A stretch of 64,000 nucleotides of DNA from Candidatus Falkowbacteria bacterium GW2011_GWF2_43_32 (GTDB lineage Bacteria; Patescibacteriota; Patescibacteriia; Patescibacteriales; UBA12465): the NCBI GenBank assembly GCA_000999715.1, contig LCGL01000001.1, forward strand, positions 387,139-451,138. The letters run 5' to 3'. Positions 19,689 to 28,944 of this stretch are shown piece after piece. The notes beneath the pieces were generated by a model, which did no database searches, was not told where the DNA came from, and was given only the letters and a program-made list of their open reading frames with translations. A program made the translations under genes and the position numbers. How positions within the stretch are numbered: position 1 is the stretch's first letter; every line of letters starts with the position of its first letter.

Positions 19689-19760
19689 AGTCTCCAGGGG
19701 GAGTTGAACTCTCATCTTGAGATCCGGAATCTCACATTCCATCCGCTGAGCTATGGAGAC
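19689..19760 (-). pseudogene. Degenerate full-length copy of tRNA-Arg(CCG)
   Basis: Same acceptor stem and anticodon arm as 17472-17546, with extra D- and T-stem mismatches and no ACCA. Confidence 0.75.
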
Positions 19761-19878
19761 GCGATTTAATGATGATAAATTTGGCCAGTTCACTTTAATA
19801 TAAAACAAGTTGTAAAACAAGATTACAAAAAACCGCCGAAAAGCGGTTTTTTGACTGATTATTTCAAAGAGGGTTATT

Positions 19879-20697
19879 TTATTCTGTGCTGGAATCCATC
19901 AGGGAATCTACGACTGCTTCTCCGCCGTCTTCAATCTCCAGTTCGCCGGCAACGGCTTCGCTGGAGGAAGAGGTGCCAATCATGTTTTTGGCACACTCTT
20001 TCAGGCCGGTTCGGTAAGCGCCCCAGATTTCTTTTTGTTTGGCTTTGGCGGCCGTATTTATCCTCTTGCTTTCCGTACGAAAAGTATTCACGCAAGCGTC
20101 CAGATTTTTTTTCTGATCATCGGCGGATTGAACGGCCGCTTGTTGGCAAACGCTGCGGGCGGTGATAGCGGCGCCGAAATCAACGGCGACGGTATTAACT
20201 TTTTCTACCAAGGCTTTGTCTTTGACGTCAATCGCCGCGATAACACAAGCGGAAATATCGGCCGTGACCGTCAACGGTTGGCGAGGGGTTTCTTTTTTTA
20301 TTCCCCACAAAGCGTTGCCGACTTTGCGGATCTTTTCATAAAGATTTATGAAGGCCGGAGCGGCGATTTTTTCCAGATTTTTATCGGTCGAATTAACGCC
20401 GGCGTTGGTCGAAGTGGCCTTGGTGGAGGTGGCGTTAACGGAGGAACTATTCGTCTGCGATTGTTCTCGGCGAACTCCGTATAAGGCGTTGCCGATTTTC
20501 TTCATCACCCGAAAATTTTTAATTTGATCGGGCGAAGGGATTTTTTCTAAACCGTCAACGGACGCGGCGTTTGCCGTTGCCGTAGCGGTCACCGCGGTTG
20601 TCGCGGACTGGTCAGTTTCTTCGGCTTGCAACGGCGCGATGACCGCGAAAGACAAAGTAAAAACCGCCAGAATTATGAGAAAACTTATTTTTTTCAT
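19879..20697 (-). CDS. Secreted protein with an internal repeat and a Cys-containing helical C-terminus
   Basis: Signal peptide; LEKI.....K.GNAL[YW]G..E occurs twice. Confidence 0.7.
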   Translation of the reverse strand: MKKISFLIILAVFTLSFAVIAPLQAEETDQSATTAVTATATANAASVDGLEKIPSPDQIKNFRVMKKIGNALYGVRREQSQTNSSSVNATSTKATSTNAGVNSTDKNLEKIAAPAFINLYEKIRKVGNALWGIKKETPRQPLTVTADISACVIAAIDVKDKALVEKVNTVAVDFGAAITARSVCQQAAVQSADDQKKNLDACVNTFRTESKRINTAAKAKQKEIWGAYRTGLKECAKNMIGTSSSSEAVAGELEIEDGGEAVVDSLMDSSTE

Positions 20698-20797
20698 AGT
20701 TTTCAAATTAGTTAATAAATTATTCTTTGATTATAGCATAAAGAGCGGGCCTTCCGCCAGAAAGTCCGAAGTTTTCGGAAAGCCGTCGGGCAGGAAA

Positions 20798-21913
20798 TCA
20801 GCCGGATTTTTTTCTCAGTTTAACCGTCGCCAGAAAAGTAGCCACCGGCATAGACAGCATAACCCCGATGCCGCCCACTAAAGTTCTGACTATTTCCGTA
20901 CTGACTATTTCGGTGTTTACCAGTCGACCGAAAGTCAGACCGGATTCTTGATTTAAGATGAATAATAACAAGAGAGGCAGGGCGGCGCCGGCATAGGCCA
21001 GAAAAAGGGTGTTGATAATCGCGCCCAGATGAGTATTGCCGACTTTATAGGCCAAAGTAAAAATTTTTTTCGGCGGCAAAGAGGGATTGGCCGCTTTAAT
21101 TTGTTCAACCGTTTCTATTTGGCCGATGATAATATCATCCAAGACGCCGATGGCGCCGATGATGAATCCGGCCAGCAATAATCCTTGGAAATTGATGGTG
21201 GTATTTCCCAGGCCGATTAAAAAAGCCGCTTCTTCCTGGGCTAGTCCCGATAGTTTAGTTAAGTTTGTGAAGATTAACGACAAGATTAAGGTTATAGACA
21301 GGGAAATCAGCACGGAAGCGACGGCCAGATGTGATTTTTTTTGAACGCCTTCCGTGAGATAGATTACGACCGCCAAAATTACCAGCCCGCCGACGAGGCT
21401 GATCAGAAAAGGATCGCGGCCGTTCAGTATTTGCGGCAGAATGAATTTGATGATGATAACGAAGCTGATGGCCAGGCTGATTAAGGCCTTGAAACCTTTA
21501 TATCGACCGATGAGCAGAGCGGTCAAGATAAATAATGTAAATAAAAGAAAGAGCTGTCCGCTTCGGACAAAGTCGGTGATATAAAAAATTGTGGCGCCGC
21601 TTTCGTCGGTATAAGCATCCATGAAAACTCGGTCGCCGACTTTATAGAGGCCGATATTGGCCACTTCAACATCGTCCAGGCCCTGATAAATTACTTCGCG
21701 ATTTTTCCATTCGCCCTCCAGTCCGAGAAGTTTCAGATTTTGTTGTGCGAAAACAGACCCGTCTTCCCGTGTTTTTTGTTCAACTTGCAAAATTTCCATG
21801 ACGACCGCTTTGAAGATTGCGGGAGACTGGTTTGGTGTTTCTGCTCGGGATAAAGGCGGCCATAAAAAAATGGTCAACAATATTATGACGAGCAGTTGGC
21901 TGATTTTTTTCAT
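20798..21913 (-). CDS. YibE/F family membrane protein
   Basis: IGAIGVLDD, INTLFLAYAGAALP, EIVRTLVGGIG. Confidence 0.88.
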   Translation of the reverse strand: MKKISQLLVIILLTIFLWPPLSRAETPNQSPAIFKAVVMEILQVEQKTREDGSVFAQQNLKLLGLEGEWKNREVIYQGLDDVEVANIGLYKVGDRVFMDAYTDESGATIFYITDFVRSGQLFLLFTLFILTALLIGRYKGFKALISLAISFVIIIKFILPQILNGRDPFLISLVGGLVILAVVIYLTEGVQKKSHLAVASVLISLSITLILSLIFTNLTKLSGLAQEEAAFLIGLGNTTINFQGLLLAGFIIGAIGVLDDIIIGQIETVEQIKAANPSLPPKKIFTLAYKVGNTHLGAIINTLFLAYAGAALPLLLLFILNQESGLTFGRLVNTEIVSTEIVRTLVGGIGVMLSMPVATFLATVKLRKKSG

Positions 21914-22302
21914 ATTTTAAAATAATCCAGAGCTGGTTTGATGTTCGGAGCCAAATTTTCTTTGTCCAAATCCTCCAATTTTATCCAGCGCCATTCTCGG
22001 ATATCTTTTCCCGGCTTGATTTCACCGTGTCTGGCCGCCAAAAAATGAACCAGAATCACGCTGACCGCCCGGCCGTCTTTTTCTTTTTTGGTATGGAAAA
22101 AATACGGCTCATGATTCAGAATTTCTATCTCCAAACCCATTTCTTCCCGCACTTCTCGTTTGGCCGCTTCTTCAAGATCAAATTCGTCTTCGGCTACGCG
22201 GCCGCCGCAGAATTTCCAAAAATCGTCTTCGCCGTGCTTGTTCAGCAAGACTTGGCCGTTTTCAATTATCACCGGTCCGGAAGCGATAATGAGTTGAGAC
22301 AT
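21910..22302 (-). CDS. NUDIX hydrolase
   Basis: GGRV......EAAKREVREEMG Nudix box. Confidence 0.88.
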   Translation of the reverse strand: MSQLIIASGPVIIENGQVLLNKHGEDDFWKFCGGRVAEDEFDLEEAAKREVREEMGLEIEILNHEPYFFHTKKEKDGRAVSVILVHFLAARHGEIKPGKDIREWRWIKLEDLDKENLAPNIKPALDYFKI

Positions 22303-22334
22303 ATGTTTTATTTTATAATCGGATTAGTACTATA

Positions 22335-23009
22335 TTAGCATGATTTGCCGGGATTTTCAATCGGTTTTAATGGTGTTTGTCGATGTTCAGAGCGGTAGAT
22401 GGGCAGAGTTTTAAAAGGCAGTTTTTTCAATAATTCCGTTTTGACCGCCAGCATAATGTTTTGCCGGTACCACCAGTCAACTTGTTGATTATGAGCCAGC
22501 TTGGCGCGAAAAGGATCCAGCAGTTCATAGCCGTGTCGACGAAAAAGATTCTGCCAATATTCCGGCCATTGTTCGTTCACGTGACCGATGCCAATGTCGC
22601 CTTGGCCGGGAATGGCGGCACTGAAAAGAATGATGTCGGCGGCAGTCGTTAAATTGCGAATAAACAGTTCCGCTTTATCGGCCGGTAAATGTTCGGCCAC
22701 TTCCAGGCTAATCGCCAAGTCAAATTTTTTGTTCAAGATTAGGGGTGCCGATAAATCATGCGCCAAAAAAGAGGCGGCGGGAATATATAGTTTTTTTATA
22801 TCAATATAGTCTCCGTCTATTCCCAAGATTTCTTTTGCGCCTTGTTCGGCAAAAGCTTTCAACCAAGTTCCCAGTCCGCAGCCGACATCAACCACGCTGT
22901 GCGGTTTTATCAATTCTAATACTAGGGGAATAATGATTTTCGCCGACTGATATGATCCCTCGGCTTGTCGGGCGAAGAAATTGGCATCGTAGATATTTGA
23001 TTCATACAT
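22335..23009 (-). CDS. Class I SAM-dependent methyltransferase
   Basis: VVDVGCGLG, FDLAISLEVAEH, GHVNEQW; start taken at ATG 23009, downstream of the terminator. Confidence 0.85.
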   Translation of the reverse strand: MYESNIYDANFFARQAEGSYQSAKIIIPLVLELIKPHSVVDVGCGLGTWLKAFAEQGAKEILGIDGDYIDIKKLYIPAASFLAHDLSAPLILNKKFDLAISLEVAEHLPADKAELFIRNLTTAADIILFSAAIPGQGDIGIGHVNEQWPEYWQNLFRRHGYELLDPFRAKLAHNQQVDWWYRQNIMLAVKTELLKKLPFKTLPIYRSEHRQTPLKPIENPGKSC

Positions 23010-23033
23010 AGAGTTGTTTCTTTTATTATAACA

Positions 23034-23061
23034 AAAAATAAGGCATTTGACCTTATTTTTA
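23034..23061 (-). terminator. Repeated terminator hairpin (further copies at ~24470, ~27108, ~29604)
   Basis: aaaaataagg-N7-ccttattttt, each copy directly beside a tRNA-3'-end remnant. Confidence 0.75.
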
Positions 23062-23205
23062 TCGGCGGTGTACTCGGGGTAAGTCCCCCTATATAGCAAC
23101 ATTATAAGACTTTTCCGAGAACTTTTCATTGGACCATCTTTTTTTTCTGATATTCCTATGTATAAATTTTGATTATCAGTAAAATCCATAATTTTATTGT
23201 ATAAG

Positions 23206-24270
23206 CTAGATCTTTACATACCTTGTTCCCCGTCCTCGGCCAATTGCTTTTATTTTTTTCAGTGCTATTAAGCGAGCTAACGCTTGACGTACGGTCGGCA
23301 TCAGTACGCCGGTCGCTTTCATAATATCGCTCGGACTGGCCTCAAGTACGCCGGAAATATAATGCCAGACTTCATATTGCTTAGGCGAGAGGGTATCTTC
23401 AACTTTTTCTTCTTCAAGATAAACTAAAGCCGCAGTCGCCTGTTCTTTGATAACGACGAGAAAAAAGTTAAGCCAAGGCGAAATAGTGGCTTGGTCGGTC
23501 TTAAAAGTTTCTTGTGATTTACGCAGAGCAATATAATATTCGTCTTTCCGTTTTTCGACTAATTGTTCATGTGAAACATATTGAATAAACTGGTAGCCGT
23601 GACGGAGCAAAAGAAGATTGGTCAGCACGCGAGAAAGACGTCCGTTACCATCTTCAAACGGGTGAATCTTTAAAAATTCAATAACAAAATTAGCAATAAT
23701 AAGTAGCGGATGAAAACGATTCTTTTCAAACGCTTCCGCCGTCCATTCCACCAGTGCCTGCATTTCTATCGGCGTCAGATAGGCCGGAGTCGTCTCAAAT
23801 ATAATTTTAGCTACCCGCCCGTCAGGCCCCATTACGCCGACGGCATTTTCTATTTTTTTATACTGGCCTCGCTGTCGCTCATCTTTACTAGAATATTTAA
23901 GAAGTTCGTTATGCAATGATTGAATAATGCTTTCCCTAAGCGGTAAAGCTTGATAATTATCGAAAATGTTTTGTAAGGTCTCAAGATATCCTTGCACTTC
24001 TTGTGAATCTCGATCAGCAAATTTAGAAATCGCCAAACCTTGCATAATCTTCTTAACTTCTTCATCATTTAGCCTCGAGCCTTCAATACGAGTTGAAGCA
24101 CCGGCCGAAGTGATCAGGGTCGATTTTTTAAGATTAGTAATCGCTTGAGGCGTCATCCGTAAACCCGACTTAAATTCTCCCCTAATACCGTCAATTTCAG
24201 CCAAAAGAGCCACAATGTGTGGTTCCGGGCTCTTAATACGATTATCAAATTTTAGAGTATTATCGTTCAT
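23206..24270 (-). CDS. Fic family protein with C-terminal winged helix
   Basis: STRIEGS, HPFEDGNGRLSR, C-terminal IGRGRGTRY. Confidence 0.9.
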   Translation of the reverse strand: MNDNTLKFDNRIKSPEPHIVALLAEIDGIRGEFKSGLRMTPQAITNLKKSTLITSAGASTRIEGSRLNDEEVKKIMQGLAISKFADRDSQEVQGYLETLQNIFDNYQALPLRESIIQSLHNELLKYSSKDERQRGQYKKIENAVGVMGPDGRVAKIIFETTPAYLTPIEMQALVEWTAEAFEKNRFHPLLIIANFVIEFLKIHPFEDGNGRLSRVLTNLLLLRHGYQFIQYVSHEQLVEKRKDEYYIALRKSQETFKTDQATISPWLNFFLVVIKEQATAALVYLEEEKVEDTLSPKQYEVWHYISGVLEASPSDIMKATGVLMPTVRQALARLIALKKIKAIGRGRGTRYVKI

Positions 24271-24526
24271 AAAATTGTTTATAATTAATGATATATACTA
24301 TATAGCAGATTATAGCAGTAAATAGCAGATTAATCAAGTAGGCTTTATTTAGTAGATATAATTACTTACTTTGGAATAAATGATATTTATATAAAAATTA
24401 GCTAAAATATATAATTATTTACTATTATTTTGCTTACTCCCTCCCTAGCTTTGGAACTTTTGGGCATCAAAAAATAAGGCATTTGACCTTATTTTTATCG
24501 GCGGAGAGGGGGCGCACTGGGAATGG

Positions 24527-24931
24527 TTATCGCTTAATTTCCATGCCCGTGCCTGACAATTTAAAACCGAATTTTTTATAGAAAGGAATCAAAAATTCTT
24601 TATTTTCCGGAGACGCAAATACACCAATAGAGGTATAACCTTTATCGTTAACCTGACTAATTAAACTATTCATGATCATTTTTCCGATTCCTTTGCCTTG
24701 ATAATCTTTGTGAACGACAATATCGTACAGCATGCACATTATTCCGTCTTCTAGAATTCTTCCCATGCCAACCATTAAATTTCCATCCCAGACGCTATAA
24801 ACAAAAGAAGATTTTTCCAGAATCTCTTTCCATTTTTCTGGACCACGATGTCTGTGCCAACCAACCGAATCGCGAAGAGATTCTATTTGTTTAACATCTA
24901 GATTTTTTTTTGTGGATTCAATCAAGTTCAT
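24527..24931 (-). CDS. GNAT N-acetyltransferase
   Basis: VVHKDYQGKGIGK motif A, FYKKFGF. Confidence 0.9.
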   Translation of the reverse strand: MNLIESTKKNLDVKQIESLRDSVGWHRHRGPEKWKEILEKSSFVYSVWDGNLMVGMGRILEDGIMCMLYDIVVHKDYQGKGIGKMIMNSLISQVNDKGYTSIGVFASPENKEFLIPFYKKFGFKLSGTGMEIKR

Positions 24932-24941
24932 ATATATTAAT

Positions 24942-25013
24942 TATATCACGACGTTCCAAAGTGATAAACTCCCTAGCAAAAAATAGCCCCAATATTAGGG
25001 CTATTTACAATCT
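24942..25013 (-). repeat. Terminator+promoter module, copy 1 (copies at 25531-25602 and 28975-29044)
   Basis: atatca...cgttccaaa..ataaact..cta.caaaaaatagc.c.aa.attag repeated three times. Confidence 0.8.
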
Positions 25014-25051
25014 GCGGAGAGGGTGGGACGTAGTTGGAACGGTTATAACTT

Positions 25052-25486
25052 TTAATTAGTTTCTATCTTCTTTAAATCTCTAGTGAGTTTTCTTAATTTA
25101 TTCGGAATTTTTAATTTTAAGAACTCATCTATACTAACCCATTTGTATAAGTCATGCTCCCAACTTATCAACAATTTCCCCCTAGAAATAAAACCTCTAA
25201 ATGCCAAAGTTACCCAATAATCACCTGATAAGGTAGTGTGAGCATCAACACCAAAAAGACTTATATTATTAACAACCAAACCAGTCTCTTCTTTAACTTC
25301 TCGAATTATAGACTTTAGAGGTTCTTCACCAAATTTAACATCACCCCCAGGAAGATCCCAGTATAAAGGGTTCGAAGGAGCGGTTTTCGTACGTCGCATA
25401 GTTAAAAATTTCCCATTCAGACCAAATACAAAAGCTTTTTGAGAAAATCCTATTACTCCCATTTTTGGCTGTTTTTTCTTAACCAT
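25052..25486 (-). CDS. NUDIX hydrolase
   Basis: WDLPGG.V..GE......REVKEETG; start placed at ATG 25486, downstream of the module -10 box. Confidence 0.88.
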   Translation of the reverse strand: MVKKKQPKMGVIGFSQKAFVFGLNGKFLTMRRTKTAPSNPLYWDLPGGDVKFGEEPLKSIIREVKEETGLVVNNISLFGVDAHTTLSGDYWVTLAFRGFISRGKLLISWEHDLYKWVSIDEFLKLKIPNKLRKLTRDLKKIETN

Positions 25487-25731
25487 AAAATTAATAACAA
25501 AATCTTTTAAACATTCTTTTAACGGTTTTATTATATCATAGCGTTCCAAAGCAATAAACTCCCTATCAAAAAATAGCTCTAATATTAGAACTGTTTCTTA
25601 CTGCGGAGAGGGAGGGATTATATTGGAATGCGTGTTAACAATAAAGTTATTGATGTTATGGTCTGGAACAAATAAAAAAGGAAGACTATTGTTAGACTTC
25701 CTCTAAATTTTCCTTTAATCTTTTACTAAGC

Positions 25732-26136
25732 TCATCCTTTAAAATCCGGGTTATAAATTCCTTTTTTATATGCTTTATAGATATAGTTTCGGATAGCTTC
25801 AAGTTTCTTGAAGTAGGAATTGTCTACTTCAAAGATCTTTCCGTCTTTTACAAACTCTGTGGACGTCAAATTGAATGATACATCGTCAACTATAAAAGTT
25901 TTTTCGTTCCAAGAAATCTTGACATTTTCATTCTTTGATCCTGAATTATAGTCGTAATAACTAATAGCTATTGAAATGTTGCTGTCCGGATTCTTTTCTG
26001 AAACAGTTTTGTAAATTTCCTCTGACCAGTTTTTGCAGGTTCCAGGAATATTCAACATCATAAGTTGTGCTTTTAATGAAGTGTTAATCAACAATCCCAA
26101 AGCAACGATACTTAAAAGAATAAATACTTTTTTCAT
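25732..26136 (-). CDS. Hypothetical secreted protein
   Basis: 134 aa, signal peptide, own terminator. Confidence 0.65.
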   Translation of the reverse strand: MKKVFILLSIVALGLLINTSLKAQLMMLNIPGTCKNWSEEIYKTVSEKNPDSNISIAISYYDYNSGSKNENVKISWNEKTFIVDDVSFNLTSTEFVKDGKIFEVDNSYFKKLEAIRNYIYKAYKKGIYNPDFKG

Positions 26137-26407
26137 GATTCTACCTTTTTAAGATTAATAATAATTTGATTAATTACTAAATCCGCCTGTTTTCAGACAA
26201 TCTTAGTAATTAATCAAATTTAACCTTATTTTTTAAAGTTCTAAACTAACAAAAAAATATACCATACTGGTATACTTTTGTCAATCAGCGGGGTGTTAGG
26301 GACGCTATCTGAACTTTTTTGATGGATTATTCATAACATTAGGTAAATATGTAGTTTAGTTTTTGTTAAAAAAGGAGTCATTGATTGACTCCTTGTGTTT
26401 TTCACAA

Positions 26408-26854
26408 TTAGTATAAGAACAGTTTTAATTCTGTTTCTTCTATACAAATTTTTGCATTAATTCTGACAAGTTTCTTTCTTAAAGTATTTATACCAGGCTC
26501 GTACTTCCTTTCTGATAATACTTTTTCCAGACTTTCTTTTTCTTGCTTTAACTTGCCCAATTTTGCTGATTTTCTTTTTTCAATAATATACATATCACTT
26601 CCGGACAATGTGCTTACTATATTGACCATGATGAAGTGAGCAATTGTGCGGCACATAAATTCACTGACACCTAAAGAAAAAAATAATAAAACCAAACCAT
26701 TGAACCAGTTTAATTCCAGTTCTAATTGCAGTCAGGCATAGAAAAAACCTATCAGCAATATTGAAGTAAAAAAATAGATAAACATTGAATCTGATAATTT
26801 TCTGTAAAAATAATTAAACAAAAAATTTTCTTTCTTTTTTGTTACAGCATTCAT
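26408..26854 (-). pseudogene. Membrane protein gene interrupted by an in-frame TGA
   Basis: aaaggagg SD and ATG 26854; TGA at 26734-26732; the frame continues into ORF 26695-26408. Confidence 0.7.
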
Positions 26855-27106
26855 GATGATTTCCTCCTTTTAATTATTAAAGTTCATATTTATATAACAA
26901 AAAATTATAATAAATTAATAACATTTTGTCAATCATCGGTTCCCACATTCTGAACTTAAGCTTAATTTAGCGCAAAAAAACAAGCATTCGAACTAAATAA
27001 TTTTATCTAATATTAGATTTAATAATGTTGTTTTTATAATAACCGTCCCTGACACCTTCAGTCAATTATAACTATTTTGTAACTCGATATTTTTGCTTAT
27101 ATAAAA

Positions 27107-27343
27107 CAAAAAATAAGGCTATAAACCTTATTTTTGGCGAACTGCGGAGAGGGAGGGATTTCCGCCCTCGCTCCGCTTCCGCGTCGCTCACTTGTCCCGG
27201 GTCAGCTCAATCGCATCCTCGCCGCTCGGAAAAGCGGCTCGGATTTGTTTTGCTTCTTCCGCCAGCCGGCGGACTGTTCGGATCCCTTTCGTCTTTTACG
27301 CATACAAAAATACAACCCAGAAGGGTTATATTTTTGTATGCGG
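27107..27343 (-). repeat. Structured GC-rich non-coding element with flanks, copy 2
   Basis: Near-identical to 29603-29829. Confidence 0.88.
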
Positions 27344-27390
27344 GGTGTCGTGGACGTTGTTAGAACTGGGATGTTTAAAAATACCAACAA

Positions 27391-28011
27391 TTAGCAATTT
27401 TCTGTAAACTTTTTAAACTCCTCAATATCTTCCTCGGAACCTAGTATACGAACTTGTTCTGGCTCAAAGACAACATATTCATCGGGATAAACAGACCTAT
27501 CATCTATACTCTCATCAGCAACGCCAATTATGCTGTCATAGCCATCTTTTTTTAATTGATCAAGATCGGCCTGCTGAATATTGGCCACATTTCTATAACT
27601 ATTATCGCCCACACCTATCTTTACACTTTTGGGGGATGTCATTTTTAACAACACGCTATACATTTGCTCTCCAAACCCACTGGCATATTCAATATCGCTA
27701 GTAAAATAGTGGCCTAAACCATACCTCATTTTCAATTCATCCCTACCTAATTTTTTATTGTATTTTGTATTATCGAATTTTTCTATTCCTTCATTTCCTT
27801 CATGATAAAGAATATTTTTTATTTTACTTTGAGGAAACACAACATCCAGATACTGAGAGTATTGCTCTTGGCTGCCAATAGAAGCTAACTCTGGATTTTT
27901 CTCAAAAACAAAATCAACCCCCTTTTTAATAGCAGCGGATTCTACCTTATTCTGATTATGTTCGGCTGTGAGATTAATTTCATCACCGATATTATTATGA
28001 AAAAAATTCAT
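27391..28011 (-). CDS. Putative ADP-ribosyltransferase (ART-PolyVal-like)
   Basis: LYH.G...FD, G.GHYFTS...A..FG, GYDSII, DEYVVFEPEQVR. Confidence 0.6.
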   Translation of the reverse strand: MNFFHNNIGDEINLTAEHNQNKVESAAIKKGVDFVFEKNPELASIGSQEQYSQYLDVVFPQSKIKNILYHEGNEGIEKFDNTKYNKKLGRDELKMRYGLGHYFTSDIEYASGFGEQMYSVLLKMTSPKSVKIGVGDNSYRNVANIQQADLDQLKKDGYDSIIGVADESIDDRSVYPDEYVVFEPEQVRILGSEEDIEEFKKFTENC

Positions 28012-28329
28012 ATTTTTATTAGAATTTTTATGTTTTTCTGATGTCAGGAAAACATCTGTGGATAATTAATCTTAAAAACAACAAAAAACTGTTAATTCTA
28101 TATTCTTCTATGATGTATATTATTCTTTATTAAATATACAAAAATTTATTTTTTATTACCTATATTAAGACAATTATAGCATAAATAGTGATAAAATCAA
28201 GATTGAAAAATTGAATTTGAAATGGGTTCGAACTAATAAAAATCCTCAAAAACAAAAGACGAAGTGAGCTTTTAGAGCTACTTCGTCCCTTACTGCGGAG
28301 AGGACGGGACGTAGTTGGAACGGTTTTGA

Positions 28330-28944
28330 CTAAACAATGAGTAAATTCTTTAATTCTCTTAAATTATGTATTATAAAATTTGGGCTGTTAAGGGCTAGCC
28401 TGGTTTCAGAAGTAAATCCCCAAGTTACTGCTACGGTGCTAATACCAACTAGTTTGCCTACCTCTATTTCATGATTTGTGTCTCCAATTATTACTGTTTC
28501 TGTTTTATTAAAGTTATATTTATTAATTAAACTTTTTACCGACTCAACCTTATCATGAACATTGGAAATAACTTCTAAAAATACTCCATTTAGACCGAAG
28601 ATAACAAGTTCTGAAGTTATCGTCTCAACCAAATCAGAGCTAATGACAACCATCTTAATGTTATTAGCTTGTAATTCTTTAATTAACACGGCAATATTTT
28701 GATAAGCCTTGGGGACACGTTCCATAATCGCTTTCTTATAAACCACTGTTTGCTGTTTGCTGGAGAGGGCTGGTAAGTATTTGTTATAAAACATCATATG
28801 GGGCTGAATCCATTCTTCTTTTAGTTCTTTTAAGCTCATTTGTCTAACACCAAAGAACTGAAATACTTTATTAACAGCAAAAAGATGGTCCTCCACAGAA
28901 TCTTTAATTACACCAGACCAATCAAATATAATATTTTTTATCAT
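28330..28944 (-). CDS. HAD-family hydrolase (phosphoglycolate phosphatase-like)
   Basis: IIFDWSGVIKDS, IIGDT..EI..G, VTWGF. Confidence 0.87.
   Translation of the reverse strand: MIKNIIFDWSGVIKDSVEDHLFAVNKVFQFFGVRQMSLKELKEEWIQPHMMFYNKYLPALSSKQQTVVYKKAIMERVPKAYQNIAVLIKELQANNIKMVVISSDLVETITSELVIFGLNGVFLEVISNVHDKVESVKSLINKYNFNKTETVIIGDTNHEIEVGKLVGISTVAVTWGFTSETRLALNSPNFIIHNLRELKNLLIV

Noticed and set aside
22335..23189. 284-aa methyltransferase as given in the ORF track
   Set aside because: The N-terminal 60 aa cross a decayed junction and a terminator; the start at 23009 is more plausible
26732..26734. Genetic code 25 (TGA=Gly) for the host
   Set aside because: Conserved genes such as cmk and the YibE/F gene end in TGA, and core genes have no internal TGA
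27134..27407. ORFs over the non-coding element (also 29596-29925 and 29688-29894)
   Set aside because: They are frames through palindromic repeats and the tRNA, and indels between the two copies break them
28057..28065. DnaA box tgtggataa
   Set aside because: A single isolated 9-mer inside an AT-rich cassette, compatible with chance
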